A stretch of 46,267 nt of DNA from contig JAYEHH010000013.1 in the NCBI GenBank assembly GCA_034716235.1, positions 1 through 46,267 on the forward strand, given 5' to 3'. Positions within the stretch are counted from its first letter, which is position 1. Every line of letters starts with the position of its first letter. This DNA is from Patescibacteria group bacterium (GTDB lineage Bacteria; Patescibacteriota; Minisyncoccia; CAIUEV01; JAHKAQ01). Below, one piece after another: positions 26,646 through 35,538 of the stretch. The notes below the pieces were generated by a model. The model had not been told where the DNA came from. It was given only the letters and a program-made list of their open reading frames with translations, and made no database searches. Made by a program: the position numbers and the translations under genes.

Positions 26646-27740
26646 ATGCCATTTAAATTAATTTCGCAATCAAAAATTAGCAAGGCTAGATTGGGAGAAT
26701 TAAAAACTAAACATGGAGTCATTAAAACTCCTTTCTTTATGCCGATTGCAACCCGAGGGGTGGTAAAAGGAATTACCTCAACAGAGATAGAAAAAATAAA
26801 GGCTCAGATAATTCTAGCCAACACTTACCATTTAATGGTTAAGCCAGGCAAGGGATTTTTGAAAAAGATTGGAGGCTTACATAAATTTATGAACTGGGAT
26901 AAACCAATTCTTACCGATAGTGGTGGCTATCAAGTTTTTAGTCTGGCTAAACATTGTAAGGTTTCCGATGAAGGAACGGAATTTAGAGATCCTAAAAGTG
27001 GGACTAAATATGCTTTGAGCCCAGAGGAGTCTATTCAAGTTCAGCAAGCTGTTGGTTCTGATATTATGATTGCCCTAGATGAATGTACTCCCAAAACTGT
27101 TAGTCGCGAAATGGCTAAGACAGCAGTTAATAGAACAGTGAAATGGGCTGAGCGTTGTTTTAAAGAACACCAAAAAAATAAACAGGGGCAATTGCTTTTT
27201 GCGGTAGGGCAGGGAGATAAATTTTTAGATTTACGGCGGGAATGTATTCGCAAACTTAAAAAAATTGATTTTGACGGTTACTGCTATGGAGGGATGGCTC
27301 CACTAAAAACAGTTTACAAAATGTTAGAGAAAATCATGCCTGAATATCCAGAGGACAAGCCTCGTTATTTAATGGGAGTAGGTTATCCTAATGATATTGT
27401 GGAATCAGTAAAGAGAGGAGTGGATATGTTTGATTGTGTAATTCCTACCAGAGAAGGAAGACACGGTAGGGCTTTTATTAGAAAAAAGGGAGTGAAATTA
27501 ACAGATTCTAAATTTTATGAAACGGTAAATTTTCCACAAGTAAAACTTAAATTTGATAAAGAACCATTATCTACCGGTTGCAATTGCTTGACTTGTAAAA
27601 AATATACTCGGGCTTATATTAACTATCTTTTTAAAATTGGAGACTATTTAGGGCCACGGTTGGTAAGTTTACACAATTTAGCTTTTTATCTAGACTTAAT
27701 GAAAGAGATTAGAGAAGAAATTAAAAAGGGGAAACTATAA
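26646..27740 (+). CDS. tgt: Queuine tRNA-ribosyltransferase
   Basis: TPFFMPIATRG, LANTYHL, TDSGGYQVFS, ALDEC, and the zinc site CNCLTCKKYTRAYINYL...H. Confidence 0.95.
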   Translation: MPFKLISQSKISKARLGELKTKHGVIKTPFFMPIATRGVVKGITSTEIEKIKAQIILANTYHLMVKPGKGFLKKIGGLHKFMNWDKPILTDSGGYQVFSLAKHCKVSDEGTEFRDPKSGTKYALSPEESIQVQQAVGSDIMIALDECTPKTVSREMAKTAVNRTVKWAERCFKEHQKNKQGQLLFAVGQGDKFLDLRRECIRKLKKIDFDGYCYGGMAPLKTVYKMLEKIMPEYPEDKPRYLMGVGYPNDIVESVKRGVDMFDCVIPTREGRHGRAFIRKKGVKLTDSKFYETVNFPQVKLKFDKEPLSTGCNCLTCKKYTRAYINYLFKIGDYLGPRLVSLHNLAFYLDLMKEIREEIKKGKL

Positions 27741-27760
27741 GATAGCCAATAGTTGTCTAG

Positions 27761-27837
27761 GGGCCAATAGCTCAGTTGGCTAGAGCGCGGCATTCGCATT
27801 GCCGAGGTCAGGGGTTCAACTCCCCTTTGGTCCACCA
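27761..27837 (+). tRNA. tRNA-Ala (anticodon CGC) with encoded CCA
   Basis: Hand-folded cloverleaf. Acceptor stem GGGCCAA/TTGGTCC includes the G3:U70 alanine identity pair. D arm GCTC/GAGC, anticodon stem CGGCA/TGCCG with loop TTCGCAT, T arm AGGGG-TTCAACT-CCCCT, then ACCA. Confidence 0.95.
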
Positions 27838-27862
27838 AAATTCAAGGCCTTAATACATCATC

Positions 27863-27890
27863 TTGACAAAACCCCTAGGGGGTATATGCT
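27863..27890 (+). promoter_or_regulatory. Promoter with embedded CsoR-family-type operator
   Basis: TTGACA (27863-68), 16-nt spacer, TATGCT (27885-90). The spacer is occupied by the G/C-tract inverted repeat ACCCC-TA-GGGGGT (27871-83). Confidence 0.55.
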
Positions 27891-27934
27891 TTAATTTCAA
27901 ATTCAGTAGTTCATTTCTAAATTATTTTAGTCCC

Positions 27935-28183
27935 ATGAGAAAAAATACAGTCAGTCAGCGACTGAATATTGTCAAAGGGCAAGTCAACGGACTGATAGAT
28001 CTCATAGAAGCTGAAAAAGATTGTCGTAAGATAACTGAACAATTTTATGCAACCAACACTGCTCTAAAAAAAGCGATGGAGCTTTATTTCAATGAAAATA
28101 TGACAACTTGCTTAGAATCTATCAATCCTAAAAAGAAAACTACTATTGAGTTTTTATTACAAGAGATAATTAAAAATAAGTAA
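27935..28183 (+). CDS. CsoR/RcnR/FrmR/CstR-family (DUF156) transcriptional repressor
   Basis: RLNIVKGQVNGLIDLIEAEKDCRKITEQFYATNTALKKAMELYFNENMTTC. The start is moved to ATG 27935. It has two Cys, and Asn occupies the position of the CsoR copper-ligand His. Confidence 0.85.
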   Translation: MRKNTVSQRLNIVKGQVNGLIDLIEAEKDCRKITEQFYATNTALKKAMELYFNENMTTCLESINPKKKTTIEFLLQEIIKNK

Positions 28184-28189
28184 AAAAAC

Positions 28190-28519
28190 ATGGCGAAAAC
28201 AATCGAACTAACAGACAAAAACTTTGAGGAGGAAGTGCTCAAATCTGACACTCCTATCTTAGTTGATTTCTGGGCTCCTTGGTGTCAGCCTTGCATAATG
28301 ATGGCTCCTGCTCTAGAAGCTTTAGCAGAGGAAATGGAAGGTAAACTCAAAATAGGGAAAATTGATACGGAAGTACCAGGGCATCAAGAACTGGCCGCTC
28401 AATATCAAATTCAAAGCATCCCTAATATGAAATTATTCAAGGATGGCGAAATGGTTAAGGAATTTATTGGTCTGCGTGATAAAGATACTTTTAAAGCTGA
28501 GCTAGAAGAGGAACTTTAA
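28190..28519 (+). CDS. trxA: Thioredoxin (active site WCQPC)
   Basis: ILVDFWAPWCQPCIMMAP...IQSIPNMKLFKDGE. Confidence 0.9.
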   Translation: MAKTIELTDKNFEEEVLKSDTPILVDFWAPWCQPCIMMAPALEALAEEMEGKLKIGKIDTEVPGHQELAAQYQIQSIPNMKLFKDGEMVKEFIGLRDKDTFKAELEEEL

Positions 28520-28647
28520 GATTTTCTAAAATTACGGTGGATTAGATGTTTCAATGAATGAGCGCTAAAGGAAAATTTTGTTTCTACTATCAATTGTTAT
28601 TGAAAAGATGTTGGTAATAGAAAAATTAAGAGGTAATTTGTAAAATT

Positions 28648-29586
28648 ATGACGGAGCAGAAAAACAATCATTCTTTAATCATTATTGGAGCTGGGGCGGC
28701 GGCTCTGACTGCTTCAATTTATGCTTCACGCTACAAGATGGAGCATATCATTATTGGTAGTGCGCCAGGTGGTCAGGTCTTTGAGGCTCATAGAGTATGT
28801 AATTTTCCAACAGAACAAGATATTAGCGGCGCAAAATTAGTGGCTAAAATGCAAAAGCATACTGAATCTTTGGGAAATAGAATTTTAGTTGACGAGATAA
28901 TTGATATTAAAAAGGAGAATAATGAATTTAAAATTACCACTCAAGCTAAAAAGATTTATTTTGCTAAAGCTGTTTTACTGGCCACTGGTACGGAGCATCG
29001 TCAGTTAAATTTACCCGATGAGGACAAATTTATTGGTAGAGGAGTCTCATATTGTGCTACTTGCGATGCTTTATTTTATAAAGATAAGGTAGTAGCCGTA
29101 GTTGGCGGTAGCGATAGTGCTAATACGGCTTCTCTTTATTTAGCAGAAATAGCCAAGAAAGTTTATCAAATTTATCGTAAGGATAAATTGCGTGGCGAAA
29201 CTACTTGGATTAATCAAATAGAAAAAAATGAAAAAATCGAAGTTATTTATGAAACAGAAGTTGTGGGCTTAATGGGTGAAAATCAATTAGAAAAGATTAA
29301 ACTTAGTAAAAGCTATAAAGATCAATCCGAGATTGAAACCGACGGTTTATTCGTTGAGATTGGGGCTGTCCCTCAAACAGCGTTAATAAAACAATTAACT
29401 TTAGGGACTGATGAAGCAGGATATGTAAAAGTGAACGCTGATCAAACAACCAGTCAAGAAGGGGTTTGGGCTGCTGGTGACATTACGAATGGCTCTAATA
29501 ATTTCCGTCAGATTATTACCGCTTGTAGTGAAGGAGCAATCGCAACGGAGAATATCTTTCAATTTCTACAAAAAGATAAAATATAA
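28648..29586 (+). CDS. trxB: Low-molecular-weight thioredoxin reductase family flavoprotein
   Basis: IIIGAGAAALTASIYA, redox CATC, VAVVGGSDSANTA, AAGDIT. Confidence 0.85.
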   Translation: MTEQKNNHSLIIIGAGAAALTASIYASRYKMEHIIIGSAPGGQVFEAHRVCNFPTEQDISGAKLVAKMQKHTESLGNRILVDEIIDIKKENNEFKITTQAKKIYFAKAVLLATGTEHRQLNLPDEDKFIGRGVSYCATCDALFYKDKVVAVVGGSDSANTASLYLAEIAKKVYQIYRKDKLRGETTWINQIEKNEKIEVIYETEVVGLMGENQLEKIKLSKSYKDQSEIETDGLFVEIGAVPQTALIKQLTLGTDEAGYVKVNADQTTSQEGVWAAGDITNGSNNFRQIITACSEGAIATENIFQFLQKDKI

Positions 29587-29630
29587 ACTACATTTTGGCT
29601 ATTTGATTTAAATAGTTTATAGTTAGAGTT

Positions 29631-29858
29631 ATGAAAAAAGTTATAAAGAAAACAATAACAGGTTTTCTATTCAATAGAATAGAAAAAATGGGAGACGAAG
29701 ATTATAACCATGTTGGCTTTGAAGATAAAAATAAATCTTTTGGTGATTTATTATTAGCTTCGGTGCCAAAGATCGGTACTCAAAGAAAGGCTAGGATCAC
29801 TATAGAAATTCTAGAAGATGCTAAAGATATCCCTAATCAAAATAATGAAAACAACTAA
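29631..29858 (+). CDS. Hypothetical small protein
   Basis: ORF only. Overlaps the next gene by 14 nt. Confidence 0.35.
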   Translation: MKKVIKKTITGFLFNRIEKMGDEDYNHVGFEDKNKSFGDLLLASVPKIGTQRKARITIEILEDAKDIPNQNNENN

Positions 29859-30150
29859 CAAGCCTGATTTAGCCATTGTTGAAAAATTATTAAAAAAGGT
29901 GAAGCATCCGGCTATCGATAGCACTTTATTTGAGTTAGGCATTCTGAAAGAAGTAACTGTTGAAGAGGATAAAATAAAGATTGAATTAGCTTTCCCCGCC
30001 GCCAACATACCCATTAAGGATGTTTTGATTCAGCAAGTTAAGGAATCTTTGGTGAATTTAAAGGCAGAAGTTGAAGTGAAAACGACGGTAATGGACAAAG
30101 AAACTTTACAGAAATTTTTTAGCTTGGAACAACAAAACTGGAAAAATTAA
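29845..30150 (+). CDS. DUF59 (MIP18/SufT-like) family protein lacking the usual Cys
   Basis: VKHPAIDSTLFELGILKEVTVEEDKIKIELAFPAANIP. The start is moved to ATG 29845. Confidence 0.7.
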   Translation: MKTTNKPDLAIVEKLLKKVKHPAIDSTLFELGILKEVTVEEDKIKIELAFPAANIPIKDVLIQQVKESLVNLKAEVEVKTTVMDKETLQKFFSLEQQNWKN

Positions 30151-30177
30151 AATATTATTTTTTTAAATTATAAATTT

Positions 30178-30366
30178 ATGGATAAATATAAAATTAATAA
30201 GGAGAAATGTATTGGTTGTGGAGCCTGTGTAGCAGCTTGTCCTTTTGGAGCTATTGAGATGGAAAATGATGGTAAGGCAATTGTAGATCTAGATAAATGT
30301 CAAGGTTGTGGTAAGTGCCAAAAAGTCTGTCCAGCTGATGCAATAGATAAAATATCAGCTGAATAA
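30178..30366 (+). CDS. 2x[4Fe-4S] ferredoxin
   Basis: CIGCGACVAACP and CQGCGKCQKVCP. Confidence 0.9.
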   Translation: MDKYKINKEKCIGCGACVAACPFGAIEMENDGKAIVDLDKCQGCGKCQKVCPADAIDKISAE

Positions 30367-30386
30367 TTTTCTTAAAAGGAAGCTAA

Positions 30387-30427
30387 ATAAAAAATAAACT
30401 GGATATGTTATCCAGTTTATTTTTTAT
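30387..30427. terminator. Bidirectional rho-independent terminator
   Basis: ATAAAAAATAAACTGGATA-tgt-TATCCAGTTTATTTTTTAT. Confidence 0.7.
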
Positions 30428-30498
30428 TCAACCAAGCCAATAATATTTATTTAACCTTATTCAATAAGTACTATTAATACAGATATTATAAAATAAAA

Positions 30499-30762
30499 CT
30501 AAGAAATATTCTCGGCTTGTTTTTTCTCCTCTTTTACAACAGTATCCATGGCTTTCTTGTCTTTTGCTTGCATTGCTTGGAATTTATTTTTCAGATTTTT
30601 AGTTGCAAAATTAAGCATCTCAGGACTTTCTTTTACTAAATCTAGCACCAATTTAATTTCTTTTTCGCCAACAGCTTCAGCAAATAGAGCCCACATTTGC
30701 TTGTCCGTTTTTTCCAGAGAAGAACTTTCAATTATTTGTTTTAATTCTTTTTTAGATTCCAT
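30499..30762 (-). CDS. Hypothetical helical protein
   Basis: ORF only, 87 aa, 19 nt downstream of the preceding gene. Confidence 0.5.
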   Translation of the reverse strand: MESKKELKQIIESSSLEKTDKQMWALFAEAVGEKEIKLVLDLVKESPEMLNFATKNLKNKFQAMQAKDKKAMDTVVKEEKKQAENIS

Positions 30763-30781
30763 TGTTATTTATTTATTTATT

Positions 30782-31627
30782 TTACCAAGCGACTCTATCG
30801 GCTATTGCTCTTGCTTGTTGGGCTGCCATAGCTGCCCGATTAGCAGCGATATTCCCTCCTTGTGAATTAGCTTTTCTGGCAGAATCCATTGCTCTATCTG
30901 CTGATTTTTCTGCTCTATCTGCCATTCTTTCTACATTTCTAACGGCTCTCCTTTTATTGTTTTCAAATCTTCTAACATTTTGTTCTGAACCCGCACTTTC
31001 TATTTTTTGAGTTTCATTGTTTACTTTCCGAGCTTCTCTTCCTGCATCTCGAGCGTATCGTTCTGCATCTCGAGCGTATCGTTCTGCTCGCTCTCGGTAT
31101 CTTTGTTGACGGTCAGTCTCTTTTAATCCAAACAATTCTTGAAGTTTTCCAAATTCATCAATGCCTCCTTCTGTTGCTCGACGATATTTTCTAAGGTTTC
31201 TAGTGGCGTCATTCATTGTTTGAGCCACTTTTCCTAATTCCTCAAAGAAATTACCCGCTTTTGCCTCACCGGGGGTAGTAAGTGAACCAGCCATTATGGC
31301 TGCTCCTACTGAAATAGCTAACATAGCTTTTTTAAATCTTTTCTTTTTAGCTTCTTTCTCCAAAGATTCTTTTGGTTGTTCTACGGTTGCTTCTTCTTCT
31401 GCTTCTTTATTGTCTAGTGTTGCCAATTGTTCAACTTCATTTTCTACTAACGGTTCTAAATCCTCTAGGTTTTCTTTAAATCTATTTAGTTCTTCATTTG
31501 TCAGTTCTTTTGGTTGTTCTTCGGGCTGATTTTCTTGCTGATTGTTTGATTGAGATTCTGTTTTCTCCTCATTTTTAATTTTAGCCTCTACGCCTTCTTT
31601 TTTAATTTGCTCAAATGGATTACTCAT
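30782..31627 (-). CDS. Hypothetical membrane-anchored coiled-coil protein with ERYARDA repeats
   Basis: Acidic N-terminus, one TM helix (AMLAISVGAAIMAGSL), and a basic R/A/E-rich C-terminus. A perfect 21-bp tandem duplication at 31043-31084 encodes the ERYARDA repeat. Confidence 0.6.
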   Translation of the reverse strand: MSNPFEQIKKEGVEAKIKNEEKTESQSNNQQENQPEEQPKELTNEELNRFKENLEDLEPLVENEVEQLATLDNKEAEEEATVEQPKESLEKEAKKKRFKKAMLAISVGAAIMAGSLTTPGEAKAGNFFEELGKVAQTMNDATRNLRKYRRATEGGIDEFGKLQELFGLKETDRQQRYRERAERYARDAERYARDAGREARKVNNETQKIESAGSEQNVRRFENNKRRAVRNVERMADRAEKSADRAMDSARKANSQGGNIAANRAAMAAQQARAIADRVAW

Positions 31628-31876
31628 AATTTTTTATTTAACTTTTCTATATTCAGTCGAAACTTTATTAGATAGATATGCTTATTTTTATTATACTTTA
31701 ATTTAATTATTTTGTCACTTGAAAATGTTTCTGGGATATGTTTAATTTTTCATCTAAATGGTGACTCATTCTTAATTTCATAGTCATTCCTGCCTGTCTA
31801 AACTCATTAGCCAATGTACCCATTACAATTTTGTAACACGGCGAGGTAAATAGGAATCTCGCTTGAAGAGCGATCC

Positions 31877-31901
31877 GCCAGCCTCGCCGAGTCTAGGCGG
31901 G
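31877..31901 (+). repeat. GC-rich dispersed element, partial copy
   Basis: CCAGCCTCGCCGAGTCTAGGCGGGC is identical to 46045-46069 and to the reverse complement of part of 43277-43315. Confidence 0.9.
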
Positions 31902-31934
31902 CGGGCAAATTACTAACTTAAAATATATTTTAAG

Positions 31935-32813
31935 TTAGCTTTCAAAAATATTCATTTCCAACACCGCTTTTAACTTTTCAAAAATATTTTTAATTTCTTC
32001 TTTAGCCTTAAGGTCGGTTTCTAAAAGGGGAGTGAGGTTGCTGATAGTTTTAAAGATTCGTTTATCGTAAGTTATTTTCCCTAAAAATTTATTACCAGCC
32101 CACTTTTTAAGTTCATCACTTAATTTGGTATTTATATCCCATTTATTGATTACCACCCCATAAGGTATTTTAAAATGATCAACCACTTCTAGAACTCTTT
32201 TTAAATCGGTAAATCCAGAAGGGGTTGGTTCCGAGATTAAAACGGTAAAATTAGCATCTTTTAAGGCCGCGGTTACCGGGCAACCAGTTCCTGGAGCAGA
32301 ATCAATAATCATCATTGCTGGATTAAATTTTTCAGCTTCTGCCTTTATTTCATCCACGATTTTTCCTGAGCCTGTTTCTCCGGGAGAAAGTTGGCCAGAG
32401 ACTAGAGGAAATCCTGCTAAATCTTTTTTAATTTTAATTTCTCCATTCTGAATAGGCTTTAATTTGATTGCACCTTGGGGGCAAATAGCCTCACAAGCTC
32501 CGCAACCCTCACATAAAAATTTATTAAGAATAGGCTTTGTCTGTTTCATTTTGATGGCTTCAAAGCGACAATTTTTGGCACACAAACCACAACCATCGCA
32601 TTTAGCTAAGTCAAATTCAGGTCTTTCTGCTGTTACAACCGGTAAAACCTCATCCCACTTCTTTATTCCTCCTAACCAAATGGCTAAATTGGGTGTGTCC
32701 GCATCACAATCTGTGGCTACAATTTTATATTCTTTCGCAAAAAGTGTTGCTAATGTTGAAGTCAACATTGATTTTCCTACACCGCCCTTACCTGATGCAA
32801 TTACTAAATTCAT
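31935..32813 (-). CDS. MinD/ParA-family P-loop ATPase with two inserted 4Fe-4S ferredoxin motifs
   Basis: Deviant Walker A SGKGGVGKS, plus CDGCGLCAKNCRFEAI and CEGCGACEAICPQGAI. Confidence 0.85.
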   Translation of the reverse strand: MNLVIASGKGGVGKSMLTSTLATLFAKEYKIVATDCDADTPNLAIWLGGIKKWDEVLPVVTAERPEFDLAKCDGCGLCAKNCRFEAIKMKQTKPILNKFLCEGCGACEAICPQGAIKLKPIQNGEIKIKKDLAGFPLVSGQLSPGETGSGKIVDEIKAEAEKFNPAMMIIDSAPGTGCPVTAALKDANFTVLISEPTPSGFTDLKRVLEVVDHFKIPYGVVINKWDINTKLSDELKKWAGNKFLGKITYDKRIFKTISNLTPLLETDLKAKEEIKNIFEKLKAVLEMNIFES

Positions 32814-32920
32814 ATTATAACTGATTTAATTAAAACTCTTGCTTGTTAATTATTTGAATTATTTTTAAGTTTATTAAATTATCAAGCCACTAAACAATTT
32901 CATTATGTTTCTAAATAGGA

Positions 32921-33823
32921 TTATAATTTTAATTCGGGATCTTTGACATTTAATAATTTCCCTTTTGAATAGGCTGTCACCAATTTTTTAGAATAGGGGA
33001 TTTCTTTTTCAATTTTTACCTTAAATTTATGGGCTGTTTTTTGGATTCCCTTTTTATCTCCTAAATTTGCTTGATTTAAAATTATTTTAACCGGCAATTT
33101 TATTTTTTGGCAGAGGTCTAAAATTAAATTCAGGTCGTAGTTACCCATGGGAGTCGGTTCGGTTACCGCATAAGCGGTTCTGCATCCCAATAGAGCGGAG
33201 ATTACTGAACAATGTGTTCCGGCGGCTGTGTCAAAAAGAATCAAATCGGCTCCCACTTTCTTGGCTAATTTTAGGGCTATTCTTTTTGTTTGTTTTACAA
33301 TGGGGCTGGTTTCTTCCAGTCTTGGTTTTGCTTCGCCCGTAACCAGCCATAATTGAGAATTTATTTTATTAGAAAAAATTTTGCCGGTTGTTTCTTTTTG
33401 AGTAAGGATTGCTTTTTGGGGACAAACAATTTGGCAAGCTCCGCAAGCTGAACATAAATCTTTAATAAAAACGGGATATTCTCCGGGAGCTTGAAAGATA
33501 GCATTATTCCTGCAGGTTCTGACACAAAGGCCACTGCGGACGAGCGGTGTTTTTTTAGAAATATGTTCTTCTTTATTTAAGGAAACGCACTTGTCGCATT
33601 TCTTTTTATCTAATTTTGGAAATTCGGCAAAAGTTTTTTCCAGCGGTTTAGTTAATTTTTCCCCTAATAATAAATAATCATTGGGACATTCCACGTCACA
33701 GTCGCAAAGAATTACCTTCTTGCCTTGCCTAACAAGAGAATTGGCCAAAAGAATACTGATTGTTGATTTTCCCGTTCCTCCTTTACCTCCTGTAATGGCT
33801 ATTTTATCTATTTTTTTAATCAT
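32921..33823 (-). CDS. MinD/ParA-family P-loop ATPase with one canonical and one expanded Cys-cluster insert
   Basis: GGKGGTGKST, C-x2-C-x19-C-x3-C (CDKCVSLNKEEHISKKTPLVRSGLCVRTC), and CSACGACQIVCP. Confidence 0.85.
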   Translation of the reverse strand: MIKKIDKIAITGGKGGTGKSTISILLANSLVRQGKKVILCDCDVECPNDYLLLGEKLTKPLEKTFAEFPKLDKKKCDKCVSLNKEEHISKKTPLVRSGLCVRTCRNNAIFQAPGEYPVFIKDLCSACGACQIVCPQKAILTQKETTGKIFSNKINSQLWLVTGEAKPRLEETSPIVKQTKRIALKLAKKVGADLILFDTAAGTHCSVISALLGCRTAYAVTEPTPMGNYDLNLILDLCQKIKLPVKIILNQANLGDKKGIQKTAHKFKVKIEKEIPYSKKLVTAYSKGKLLNVKDPELKL

Positions 33824-35057
33824 TTTTCTTTAAACTTTGAATTAATTCCGCTAGTGTTTTTTCAGGGTTGATGATTGTTACTTCAATGCCGAAATTTTCC
33901 AATCCTTGCCGAGCATTTTCTCCTATTTGGCGGGTTATTATTTTATTGGCTCTCACAGCTTTGGCAAATCTGATCCCATGCGGAGCTCCATTTTTGGAAC
34001 CGTCTTCAAAATACGGATTCTGAAGGTATTTCTTGGTTAAAATTTTACCGTCTTTGATATCTATTAGAAGATAGCGATCTTCTCCCATTTGTTTTCCAAT
34101 TTCATTACCTGTTAGGGGGACAATAATCCGTTTTCCTTTTTTGGGAGGTCCTATTTTCTCAAAACCATCAAGAGTCCCTATTTTATCTCCAAATTTAGTT
34201 AGAATAACGCTTCTGGCCATTTTGTAAGATTCAATTGAAATGACTATATTCTTTAACTCAGGAATATTTTTTAGTAGCCTTTCTTCTAATGTTTGGGTTA
34301 CTTCTTGAACAGCCTCTACTTTTAATTTCGGAGGAAGTTTGATTTTAATTTCGGCAAAATTCAAAGAGCCAACCTGCCTACTTTTTATATCGGCGATTTC
34401 TATTTTATGAGAGAGGCAAATTTTTCTAATTTTTTCTTCCAGATCTTTATTGGATACATCAAGCAGGGATTCTGTTATTTCTTTGCCTACTTTAAAAGCC
34501 TCAAAGAGGATGTAAATTCCTACCAGTAAAGCTATGATGGCATCAGCTAAAGTAAAGAATCTTATGAGACTAATTCCAATCAATACTCCGACTGAAGAAA
34601 GGGCGTCGGCCCTTGAATGCTCGGCGTCGGCAATCAAAGCCAAACTTTTTTCTTTGGCTCCATATTTGAATTTAAGTCTGGCTAAAAACTCGGCGATTAT
34701 AATGGAAGCGATAACTACTCCGATTGCTCCTGCATTTAATTCTACCGCTTCTTCTTTAAAGAACCGCATAATCGCTTCGTAAAGAATCCAAAGGCCGGAA
34801 ATTGCCAACAGTACGGCTACAAAAAGGCCCGCTAAACTTTCCGCTTTCCAATGGCCATAAGGATGTTTAGTGTCTTTTGGCTTTTTAGCTGTTTTTATAC
34901 CTAAAAAGGTAATAAAAGACGAAATGACATCCAGACTGGAATGAATTCCGTCAGCTACCAAAGCCATACTGCCAGTAGAGAATCCAAAAAGTAATTTGGC
35001 GAGTCCTAATCCAAAATTTCCCAAAACACTAATTGTGGAAACAATTTGGGCGTTCAT
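33816..35057 (-). CDS. Cation diffusion facilitator transporter fused to a C-terminal NifX/NifB-like (FeMo-cofactor-biosynthesis-fold) domain
   Basis: TM2 ADGIHSSLD and TM5 ADAEHSRAD (HxxxD/HxxxD), HPYGH loop and cytoplasmic CTD. About 120 further residues (RYLLIDIKDGKI...GAPHGIRFAKAVRANKIITRQIGENARQGLENFGIEV) resemble the neighbouring NifX-like protein. Confidence 0.85.
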   Translation of the reverse strand: MNAQIVSTISVLGNFGLGLAKLLFGFSTGSMALVADGIHSSLDVISSFITFLGIKTAKKPKDTKHPYGHWKAESLAGLFVAVLLAISGLWILYEAIMRFFKEEAVELNAGAIGVVIASIIIAEFLARLKFKYGAKEKSLALIADAEHSRADALSSVGVLIGISLIRFFTLADAIIALLVGIYILFEAFKVGKEITESLLDVSNKDLEEKIRKICLSHKIEIADIKSRQVGSLNFAEIKIKLPPKLKVEAVQEVTQTLEERLLKNIPELKNIVISIESYKMARSVILTKFGDKIGTLDGFEKIGPPKKGKRIIVPLTGNEIGKQMGEDRYLLIDIKDGKILTKKYLQNPYFEDGSKNGAPHGIRFAKAVRANKIITRQIGENARQGLENFGIEVTIINPEKTLAELIQSLKKND

Positions 35058-35097
35058 TCTAATAATTTATTAATAATTTGTAAAAACTATTTTTTCT

Positions 35098-35532
35098 TTA
35101 TTCTTCCACTGCTGGATTATGTGGTTCGTGATGTGGTCCATGAGAACCATGCTGGTGCCGTGGAGGTAATTTTGGATTATCTTCCGATGATTGAGGCGAT
35201 TTAGACTCTTCTAGTTCATTATTTTTGTAACTGGTGTAAGCTTCTTTAACTGAAATATCAGCTACTCCAGCAAAAATTTTAACTTTGGTAGGGTTGAGAA
35301 CTCTGTAAGCGTTGGGCCCCATATTGCCAGTAATAATAACTCGGACCTTTTCATCTGCTACCATTTGAGCAGCAGAAATTCCAGCGCCTCGAGCAGCTTC
35401 TCCAGCTTCATTGGGGATGGATTTTGTTAATTCTCCTTTTTCATCAACAATTAAAAAATATTGGCATCTCCCAAAGCGAGGATCAACCGGCGAATCCATA
35501 GTAAGACCAGTAGATGTAATACAAATTTTCAT
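35098..35532 (-). CDS. NifX/NifB-family (dinitrogenase FeMo-cofactor biosynthesis fold) protein with His-rich tail
   Basis: MKICITSTG...VDPRFGRCQYFLIVD...GAGISAAQMVADEKVRVIITGNMGPNAYRVL. Tail PPRHQHGSHGPHHEPHN. Confidence 0.85.
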   Translation of the reverse strand: MKICITSTGLTMDSPVDPRFGRCQYFLIVDEKGELTKSIPNEAGEAARGAGISAAQMVADEKVRVIITGNMGPNAYRVLNPTKVKIFAGVADISVKEAYTSYKNNELEESKSPQSSEDNPKLPPRHQHGSHGPHHEPHNPAVEE

Positions 35533-35538
35533 AAATAT

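Noticed and set aside
30548-31529. + strand ORFs 30548..30865, 30762..31010 and 31296..31529
   Set aside because: They are antisense shadows of the two minus-strand genes. No SD. Ala/Ser/Leu-rich mirror translations.
33816-35532. NifX/NifB-like domains as evidence of nitrogen fixation
   Set aside because: No nifHDK or nifEN genes and no NifB radical-SAM domain are present. This fold is widespread in non-diazotrophic anaerobes, so only a generic cofactor- or cluster-binding role is inferred.
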